From an uncultured archaeon (GTDB lineage: Archaea; Iainarchaeota; Iainarchaeia; Iainarchaeales; CSSED10-239): a stretch of 20,889 nucleotides of DNA. This document shows positions 1-6,189 of the stretch, piece by piece. Both the position numbers and the translations under genes were made by a program. Numbering within the stretch: position 1 is the first letter of the stretch; each line of letters starts with the position of its first letter. The stretch lies in contig CAYXWT010000008.1 in assembly GCA_964468895.1 (NCBI GenBank), positions 1-20,889 of the forward strand, given 5' to 3'. The notes below the pieces were generated by a model. The model searched no databases and was not told the DNA's origin. It worked only from the letters and a program-made list of their open reading frames with translations.

Positions 1-94
1 TAATTAGTTATTTGCTACGGCCAATAAGTTTTTAGAAATACATAAATTATACTTTGTTACTAATTATATATAATAATTAAATAAATGATGTTTT

Positions 95-538
95 ATGAAA
101 GATTCAATTAAATTATTTAATAATAAAAAAATAAGAACTGAATAAAATAAAGATCAAGAAAAATAGTGTTTTTCTATAGTAGATGTTATTTCTATATTAA
201 AATATTCTAATTTTTCTAAAATCAAAAAAATATTGAAACACACTTCCTGAGAGGCTACTTAAATAAAGAAATGAAACGATAACAAATTGTCACCAGTTGA
301 AATTTATAGCTTAATATGGTAAATATAGATCTATAGATGTAGCAAATACTAAACAATTATTAAGAATTATACAATCAGTTCCAAGCAAAAAAAGTCGAAC
401 CTTTTAAAGTATGGCTAGCTAAAGTTGAAAACGATCGTATTGACGACGAAACTTAAAATCCAGAACTTACAATTGACCGAGCAATGTATATTTATTTACA
501 AAAAGGATATTTTAAAGAATAAATTATACTAAGATTAA
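95..538 (+). pseudogene. Decayed Bro-N / antirepressor-like gene, N-terminal two-thirds (7 in-frame stops, 2 frameshifts)
   Basis: Translation from ATG 95 across three frames reads MKDSIKLFNNKKIRTE*NKDQEK*CFSIVDVISILKYSNFSKIKK | KY*NTLPERLLK*RNETITNCHQLKFIA*YGKYRSIDVANTKQLLRIIQSVPSKK | VEPFKVWLAKVENDRIDDET*NPELTIDRAMYIYLQKGYFKE*IILRL. From memory this matches the widespread Bro-N-domain family (..KIR.VW..E.WYFSVVDV..YW..LK..QLKL.A.DGK.Y.TD.A.TE.L.R.IQSIPSPKAEPFK.WLAKVG.ERI.E.E.PEL...RA...Y..KGY...WI..RL). Stops are at 143, 164, 234, 264, 312, 454 and 520. The frameshifts lie in A7 runs at 224-230 and 387-393. Confidence 0.6.
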
Positions 539-1957
539 TTATTTTACAGATTTTACTTTAAGTGCTTTTCTAATATCTTCTAAATCAAATAAATATAAAT
601 CTTTTAAGTTTATTTTACTTGTAAACTTTTTTGCAAATATAATGTATTTTTCATTTCTAGAGTTATTATTCCATTTTACTAGCTTTGCTTTTTCTTTGAG
701 ATCAAAATATATCTTTTTTGCATTTATAGCTTTATTATTCCACTTACACTCAATAAAAGAAATATCTTTTGAGTTTGAATCTATTGCTACTAAATCAATT
801 TCTGTATCTTTATACCACCATCTATTTATATTTGTAAAATTTAATTCTTTTAATATTTTTCTATGTAATATTAAATTATATATAACTTTTTCAAAAACAA
901 AACCCATATATGTATTAAATTCACCTTTAATTTTATTTAATACAAAGTCTATATTTTCTGCTTCTAAAAAAACTTTATTTGGATAAATAAACCTAAACCA
1001 AAAATTAAAATAAGAATCACTAATTAAATATTGCTTTTTTCTATTTTTATAAGAATCTGTTACAGATTTATTTTCTACAATTATTTTTGTATTTTTTAAA
1101 ATTTCTAAATATTTAGATAATTTAGATTTATCTATATTTGTATTTTGAACAATCTCTGAAAATTTATTTTTACCTATAGATATAGAATAAAGTATTAAAG
1201 TATAATTTTTAGGTTCTCTAAATTCTTCTCTTAAAATAATTTCTGCATCTTTAAACATATAATTATTTTTACTTAATACTGATCTTACATTACTCCAAAA
1301 ATCAATATTAGGATTTAATAAATTTAAATAGGCAGGAGAACCACCAACAACACCCCATAAATTAATTATGTCTTCTACATTATATTCTGAAAAAAAAGAT
1401 GATAAATGTTCTACATTTAAATTTAACACTTCTATTTGAGCGGTTCTTCTTCCATATAGGGGACTTTTATATCCAATAACTTCTTTTTCCATAACACTAA
1501 CTGAAGATCCACACATTATTAACAAAACATTTAGTTTTTTTAATATTAATTCCCAAATTCTTTGAAATTCAGAAGGAGTATTTCTATTTGATTGTATTAA
1601 AAAAGGAAATTCATCTAAAATAATTATAAACTTTTTAATTTTTAGAGTATTTATAAAAATAATATTATTAGATAAATGTTCAAATAAAGAGTACCAATCA
1701 TTAAAGATAATATTTTTTAAATTTAGATCTGGTAAAACTAAATTTAGTGTTTCTATAAAATATTGAATATTATTTTTATCACCAGAAGTACTACAAAGAT
1801 AATAAATACCTGCATTTTTATTAAGAAACTCGTTTACGAGTCTTGTTTTCCCAACTCTTCTTCTACCAGATATTACAATAAATTCTGCGGTTTTAGAATT
1901 ATATTTTTCTTCTAAAAATTTAATTTCTTCTAATCTGTTCACAAATTTAGTACTCAT
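539..1957 (-). CDS. Archaeal AAA+ ATPase (Arch_ATPase type) with wHTH and C-terminal DUF234 / PD-(D/E)xK-like nuclease domain
   Basis: 472-aa intact ORF. Walker A is GRRRVGKT and Walker B is IIILDEF. A central wHTH-like segment reads FSEIVQNTNIDKSKLSKYLEILKNTKII. The C-terminal EIDLVAID...SFIECKW signature (nt 743-796) is typical of DUF234. The TAA stop directly abuts the Bro-N pseudogene remnant. Confidence 0.85.
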   Translation of the reverse strand: MSTKFVNRLEEIKFLEEKYNSKTAEFIVISGRRRVGKTRLVNEFLNKNAGIYYLCSTSGDKNNIQYFIETLNLVLPDLNLKNIIFNDWYSLFEHLSNNIIFINTLKIKKFIIILDEFPFLIQSNRNTPSEFQRIWELILKKLNVLLIMCGSSVSVMEKEVIGYKSPLYGRRTAQIEVLNLNVEHLSSFFSEYNVEDIINLWGVVGGSPAYLNLLNPNIDFWSNVRSVLSKNNYMFKDAEIILREEFREPKNYTLILYSISIGKNKFSEIVQNTNIDKSKLSKYLEILKNTKIIVENKSVTDSYKNRKKQYLISDSYFNFWFRFIYPNKVFLEAENIDFVLNKIKGEFNTYMGFVFEKVIYNLILHRKILKELNFTNINRWWYKDTEIDLVAIDSNSKDISFIECKWNNKAINAKKIYFDLKEKAKLVKWNNNSRNEKYIIFAKKFTSKINLKDLYLFDLEDIRKALKVKSVK

Positions 1958-1997
1958 AGATATACTATATACAATAAAATATTTAAAAGTATGTTTT

Positions 1998-2030
1998 GTG
2001 GACAGTAAATTATCATAATTTACTAACCAC
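1998..2030. promoter_or_regulatory. 33-bp palindrome upstream of ATPase-1 (possible operator or bidirectional hairpin)
   Basis: The sequence is GTGGAC AGTAAATTAT C ATAATTTACT AACCAC. The core 2004-2024 is a perfect 10+1+10 palindrome, and the outer GTGG/CCAC also pair. It lies 41-73 nt upstream of the ATG at 1957, just distal to a TTTAAATA TATA-like box on the minus strand. Confidence 0.4.
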
Positions 2031-2060
2031 CTATTATAATTATTACTTATAAGACAACCT

Positions 2061-2175
2061 AAAAAAAGAAAATCTTAAAGATAATGTGATAAATATAGAA
2101 CTTATCTTAAATATACTTACAGAAGTTAGTAATAATGAACTTTCTAAAAAAGACAATCCTAATACTTTTAATAAA
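2061..2175 (+). repeat. Copy A of a 115-bp direct repeat, a Bro-N-family 3' coding fragment
   Basis: It aligns without gaps to 3736-3850 (offset 1675 bp, 100/115 identical by hand count). Its frame gives KKENLKDNVINIELILNILTEVSNNELSKKDNPNTFNK. This resembles the conserved C-terminal region (LKKENLRDNMT.LEL..NML.E..T.EIS....P..F..NK) of the family seen at 95-538. Confidence 0.6.
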
Positions 2176-2215
2176 TTTTATATCTATAAATGAAATAATT
2201 ACAACAAATTTATAT

Positions 2216-2277
2216 ACAGGATGACAGGTTTGTTACATTCCTGTCACAATTATATGACAGGTGTGCAAAAAACAGGC
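2216..2277. other. Cluster of TGACAGG / CCTGTCA motifs forming two mutually exclusive hairpins
   Basis: ATGACAGGT occurs at 2221-2229 and 2254-2262, and CCTGTCA at 2240-2246 between them. Partial ACAGG copies lie at 2216-2220 and 2272-2276. This is a locally G+C-richer island in an A/T spacer downstream of ATPase-2. Confidence 0.4.
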
Positions 2278-2389
2278 TATTTAGATACTTAATTGTTAGA
2301 ACCTAACTTCACCAGTTACTAATTTTTAAAAATACTAAATAAATAAATTCTAAAAAATAATTTTTTTTATATTTAATAGACACATAAAT

Positions 2390-3619
2390 TTATAGTTCAA
2401 GTAATAAAGTTGTAAATTTAACAAATGGGATAAATATTACATTTGTATTATTTATTTTTCTTTGAGATTCAAAACTATTTGAAACTACATATGCTTTTTC
2501 TGGTTTATACTTTGTAATAAAACTAATTAAAGAATTTGTTAAATTTTCATTTTTTAAATTACTTTTTACTTCTATAGGAATTATCTTATTATTAATTTCT
2601 ATTATAAAATCAACCTCTGCACCATGTTTTGTTCTCCAATATCTAACATCATAGTTTTTCTTTAAAAGTTCTATTAAAACAAAATTTTCTTTTAAAGCAC
2701 CAAGATCACTTCTATCTAAAGAAAAATTATTTATTATAGAATTTCTTATACCTAAATCTAAAAAATAAATCATTTTACTTTTAACTAACTCTGTTCTTTT
2801 ATTTGTATAAAACGGAGAGATAAACTTACATACATATGTTTTCTCAAAAATATTAAGAACAGATTTTAATTGAACATAATTATAACCACTAATTACAGAA
2901 AGTTCAGAATAGTTAATTAAATTACCTATTTGAATAGATAAAGCCTTAATTAATGTATATAATTTAAAATCATCTTTAATATTTTCAAGCTCTTTTATAT
3001 CTCTAAGTACATATGTGTTATATATATTGGATAATAATTTCTTTTTAGAATTAATATCTTTTTCTAAGACAATTCTAGGATAACCTCCAAATAATAGATA
3101 TTCTTCAAAATATCTATTTAAAATTTTTAGAATAGTTTCTTTATAATTTGAAGATAAATATAAATCATATAACTTTGAATCCTTTGATCTTAGATATTCA
3201 GAAAAAGAAAAAGAATATAATTCAAAACTAACAACCCTACCTACTAAATATCTTAAACTTTGGATAGATAACTCTATAGCTGATGAACCAGAAATAATTA
3301 TTTTTATATGTTTATTAGTATCATAAATATACTTTAATGATCTTCCACTATCTTTTGCATAATGTAATTCATCTATGAAAAGTATATCAACATCTTTAAT
3401 ATATAATTTTATAAAAGATTCAATATTATTTACAAATAAATTTAAAATATCTATATTATCAAAAGTTATTACTTTTACTTTTTTTTTATTAAATTTATTG
3501 ACAATATTAGTAATAAGAGTAGTTTTACCAACTTGCCTTGCTCCTACAACAGCAATTATTTCAGGAGACTTTATAAATTTAATTAACTCTTTTTCTATAT
3601 CTCTAAATATATAAACCAT
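2390..3619 (-). CDS. AAA ATPase (AAA_14 type) with wHTH and C-terminal DUF4143 / PD-(D/E)xK-like domain
   Basis: 409-aa intact ORF. Walker A is GARQVGKTT and Walker B is ILFIDELHY. The C-terminal YWRTKHGAEVDFII...IIPIEVKS signature (nt 2564-2611) is typical of the DUF4143 family. Confidence 0.85.
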   Translation of the reverse strand: MVYIFRDIEKELIKFIKSPEIIAVVGARQVGKTTLITNIVNKFNKKKVKVITFDNIDILNLFVNNIESFIKLYIKDVDILFIDELHYAKDSGRSLKYIYDTNKHIKIIISGSSAIELSIQSLRYLVGRVVSFELYSFSFSEYLRSKDSKLYDLYLSSNYKETILKILNRYFEEYLLFGGYPRIVLEKDINSKKKLLSNIYNTYVLRDIKELENIKDDFKLYTLIKALSIQIGNLINYSELSVISGYNYVQLKSVLNIFEKTYVCKFISPFYTNKRTELVKSKMIYFLDLGIRNSIINNFSLDRSDLGALKENFVLIELLKKNYDVRYWRTKHGAEVDFIIEINNKIIPIEVKSNLKNENLTNSLISFITKYKPEKAYVVSNSFESQRKINNTNVIFIPFVKFTTLLLEL

Positions 3620-3679
3620 ATTATTATTAGAAACAAAAGATATATAAACTGAACTAAAATTTACTAAAAAAACATTTTA

Positions 3680-3715
3680 GCACGGTCAAAATTTAATAAA
3701 AATAAATTTTAGTGC
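3680..3715. promoter_or_regulatory. Interrupted stem-loop upstream of ATPase-2
   Basis: GCAC(3680-3683)/GTGC(3712-3715) plus AAAATTTA(3688-3695)/TAAATTTT(3703-3710) pair around a 7-nt loop. An additional CTAAAAT(3654-3660)/ATTTTAG(3674-3680) inverted repeat lies beside it. The element is 61-96 nt upstream of the start at 3619. Confidence 0.3.
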
Positions 3716-3735
3716 CTAACACAGATAAGATTATA

Positions 3736-3850
3736 AAAAAAAGAAAATCTTAAAGATAATATGATAAATATAGAACTTACCTTAAATATTCTTACTGAAG
3801 CTAGTATTAATAAAATTTCAAATAAAGAAAACTCATATACTTTTAATAAA
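3736..3850 (+). repeat. Copy B of the 115-bp direct repeat, a Bro-N-family 3' coding fragment
   Basis: Same frame as copy A: KKENLKDNMINIELTLNILTEASINKISNKENSYTFNK. It continues to a TAA at about 3872 and has its own ATG at 3761. It sits immediately upstream of the ATPase-2 promoter region, as copy A does for ATPase-1. Confidence 0.6.
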
Positions 3851-3914
3851 AATAGAGTTTATAATAACACCTAAAAATGCAAAAACAACTAATTTCTTAA
3901 AAAAAGAAACAAAG

Positions 3915-3937
3915 AACTGGTAAAATCATTACCAGTT
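3915..3937. terminator. Bidirectional terminator-like hairpin
   Basis: AACTGGTAA aatca TTACCAGTT forms perfect 9-bp arms. It is followed by TTTT on the plus strand and by a T-rich run (CTTTGTTTCTTTTTTT) on the minus strand. It lies 16 nt downstream of the beta-helix ORF stop. Confidence 0.5.
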
Positions 3938-3952
3938 TTAAAAATTTTATAT

Positions 3953-5239
3953 CTACTTATTACTACTGTTAACTATATTAAGTTTACTTATAGAATTTGT
4001 TAAACCATTACAACTAACAATATTTCTAGTACCATAATGAGATATAGGGTATAAAACATCTAAATTTATAGTAGGTGTATTTTCATAAGTAATTCCATAT
4101 TCTACAAGATCAATATACTCATTACCACAAAAAGCACTATCTGTTGTTAAAGTTCCTCCAAGGAAAGCACCAACATCATTATCATGAACATCTGAGTTAG
4201 ATAATATCACTTGAACTTCTGGATTTTCAAAATTTCCATTTTGATAAACTTCAATACCTGCTGCACCTTCACCAGTTATAGGATCATAAAATCCATTAGC
4301 CCTAACTTCTACATTATTTATTATCTGAGTACCTTGATATATAAAAATTCCTGTAGAATCATTGTGTGCTACTTCAGAATTAATTAATTGTGAAGATGAT
4401 ACTTGCGCCAATTTTACACCAGTGCCATTATCGTTTGCATAACAATTTTCTGCAACAGAATTATTTTGTAACTCGAAACCAATATCATTATTTTGCTTAG
4501 CTTCTGAATCTTCTACATATGAAGAATCATATAATTCAAAACCAATATCATTAGCTGGTCCTGCACTACAATCATTAAGAGAAGATTCATTTGATAACTT
4601 AAATCCACTTTCGTGATTATAACGTGCAATACAATTTTCGGAAAATGCATTATCATATAATACAAAACCCGTATAATTACGTTTTGAAATAGATTGTTCA
4701 GAATGTGATTCATCTATTATCCAAAAACCTCTTCTAAAAATAAATTCTTCATTTGCTATAATATCATTTTTAACAACACAATTAAATCCAGAACTAGAAT
4801 CCACTAAAACTATTCCACTAGTATTATTATAAGAAATTTCCTCTGAAAAATCAGAAATAACATCACAATTCCTAACTAGATTAGAATTTTCTACCCAAAT
4901 CGCACTCTGATTTCCTGCTGAAAAATCAAAAGTTATTGAATGACCTTGACAATCTAAAACTAAATCATCTTCTTGATCATTAGATAAAATTAGTGTGTTA
5001 TTAAAAGTTAAATCATTATTTAAAAGAATAGTTCCTGCAAAATTAAAAGAAATACTCTCATTATGATCATCTAAAAATTCTTGTGTTAAAATTCCTGAAT
5101 TGTTTAAATCAAATCTATTTGTTTCTAAAATAGATATATTATCATAAACAGTAACCATTTCTGGATATACTGGTTCTATCTCTATTGGATCTTCAGGTTC
5201 AATTTCTTCAACCTCTACATTCTCAGAAACCATATCCAT
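3953..5239 (-). CDS. Right-handed parallel beta-helix (PbH1/NosD-like) repeat protein, probable surface glycoprotein ectodomain
   Basis: 428-aa ORF with an acidic N-terminal linker (ENVEVEEIEPEDPIEIEP). Repeated N..GF.L / NDIGFEL / NGTGVKL / STGIFIY units are typical of PbH1 repeats. It has about a dozen N-x-S/T sequons and no signal peptide of its own. Confidence 0.7.
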   Translation of the reverse strand: MDMVSENVEVEEIEPEDPIEIEPVYPEMVTVYDNISILETNRFDLNNSGILTQEFLDDHNESISFNFAGTILLNNDLTFNNTLILSNDQEDDLVLDCQGHSITFDFSAGNQSAIWVENSNLVRNCDVISDFSEEISYNNTSGIVLVDSSSGFNCVVKNDIIANEEFIFRRGFWIIDESHSEQSISKRNYTGFVLYDNAFSENCIARYNHESGFKLSNESSLNDCSAGPANDIGFELYDSSYVEDSEAKQNNDIGFELQNNSVAENCYANDNGTGVKLAQVSSSQLINSEVAHNDSTGIFIYQGTQIINNVEVRANGFYDPITGEGAAGIEVYQNGNFENPEVQVILSNSDVHDNDVGAFLGGTLTTDSAFCGNEYIDLVEYGITYENTPTINLDVLYPISHYGTRNIVSCNGLTNSISKLNIVNSSNK

Positions 5240-5245
5240 TAATGT

Positions 5246-5437
5246 TTAAGATGTTTTAAATTTATACTTTGATGTTGTAAATTGATTTTGCGTTTCTATA
5301 GTAAAATCATTTTTTAAAGTTGATTTAGCTTCTCCAGTTGTATTTATACTAGCTACTAAAAAACCAACTAATAATCCAACAACTAAAAATATAACACTAA
5401 TTACTATAACATTTTTATTTACCATTTTTACACACAC
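5246..5437 (-). CDS. Small single-pass membrane-anchor peptide, in frame with the downstream beta-helix ORF
   Basis: 63-aa ORF. The likely true start is ATG 5425 (MVNKNVIVISVIFLVVGLLVGFLVASI, one TM helix), with a GGAG motif at 5437-5440. The TAA at 5246-5248 is followed by two sense codons (ACA TTA) and then the ATG of the 3953-5239 ORF in the same frame. Confidence 0.5.
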   Translation of the reverse strand: MCVKMVNKNVIVISVIFLVVGLLVGFLVASINTTGEAKSTLKNDFTIETQNQFTTSKYKFKTS

Positions 5438-5618
5438 TCCTTTCTTCTTTTTAAAAAATTTAAAAATAACCTGTAACTAACTATGGTTAAGAGTTATACA
5501 TAATAATATGACTAATAGTGAAAACATTTATATATGTTATTATTTATATAGGTAGAATTACTTTTTAATAATTAGCTCAATAAAATATATACTACAAAAT
5601 TAATAAAGTTTTAAAGTT

Positions 5619-6122
5619 TTAAAGTTTTAAAAACTTATTAACTTTGTTATAATTTAGTCTTAAATTACTATCTAATTTAATAACTTTATAATCTATTTTG
5701 CTTTTTTTAAGTAGATTTTCAAAATAATTACTATCTTGACAAACTACGTTCTCTTCTACTTTTAAAACATTATAATTTCTTTCATATAATCTTTTTCTAA
5801 GTGTTCTTTTAGAAACAGATAAAACTAAAACAAAATTCATTTTTTTTAAAACGACTTTCATTAATTCAGACCACAAATGTCCTTCAAGAATAATATTTTT
5901 AGTTTTATTTTTTTTTAAATAATTAGAAATAGAGATATTTAATTTACGAATAGATACAACATATTCTTTAGAATTATCAATTTCTTCATAAGTTCCAAGA
6001 TGATTGCTTGCTGAATAAGTTTTATCATTTAAAACTTTAAAATTAAGATTTGATTTTCTAGCAATTTCAGTAGCAATAGTGGTTTTACCACAACCAGGTA
6101 CACCAGTAATTAAAATTAACAT
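5619..6122 (-). CDS. Fap7/AK6-like adenylate kinase (P-loop NTPase, ribosome maturation type)
   Basis: 167 aa with Walker A GVPGCGKTT at the extreme N-terminus, an ILEGHL motif, and a RKRLYERNYNVLKVEENV segment resembling the Fap7 lid/C-terminal region. It sits directly downstream of aCPSF1. Confidence 0.65.
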   Translation of the reverse strand: MLILITGVPGCGKTTIATEIARKSNLNFKVLNDKTYSASNHLGTYEEIDNSKEYVVSIRKLNISISNYLKKNKTKNIILEGHLWSELMKVVLKKMNFVLVLSVSKRTLRKRLYERNYNVLKVEENVVCQDSNYFENLLKKSKIDYKVIKLDSNLRLNYNKVNKFLKL

Positions 6123-6189
6123 ATTCGTTACACATTTTATTTATTTTTTTAAAAATAAATTAATTAAAGATTAAGAATAATATAGATTA

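Noticed and set aside
95-538. Stop codons at conserved Trp positions could indicate stop-codon reassignment or an alternative genetic code.
   Set aside because: TAA, TAG and TGA each terminate well-conserved genes at the expected lengths in this window (for example TGA for ftsZ and secE, TAG for the beta-helix ORF, TAA for most others). About 15 housekeeping ORFs are uninterrupted. The same region also has two frameshifts and stops at non-Trp positions, so it is a pseudogene.
642-986. A 114-aa plus-strand ORF lies antisense to ATPase-1. There are similar shadow ORFs at 3375-3614, 8748-8936, 9108-9338, 10134-10346 and 10706-11023 (+), and at 4513-4713 (-).
   Set aside because: All lie inside or opposite strongly supported genes. 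They have low-complexity F/I/L/K/S-rich translations with no recognisable motifs, as expected by chance in very AT-rich DNA. The 10706-11023 ORF is the shadow of secE and spt5.
2017-2026. The shared 10-mer AATTTACTAA upstream of both ATPase genes (also at 3658-3667) might be a common operator.
   Set aside because: My rough estimate is that a 10-mer of this A/T composition is expected to recur by chance between two ~100-bp AT-rich regions. The distances to the start codons also differ (about 60 versus about 39 nt). I kept it only as a remark under the palindrome finding.
2216-2262. The GGATGAC / ATGACAGG motifs might be C-boxes of a C/D-box sRNA.
   Set aside because: The match to RUGAUGA is imperfect, and no CUGA D-box lies at a suitable distance on either strand. 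The terminal stem and box arrangement is absent.
5606-5635. There is an 8-bp tandem repeat (AAAGTTTT x3) and a palindrome AAGTTTTAAAAACTT overlapping the stop of the Fap7-like gene.
   Set aside because: It is short, low-complexity A/T sequence. At most it contributes to termination, and there is no evidence of anything more than slippage-type duplication.
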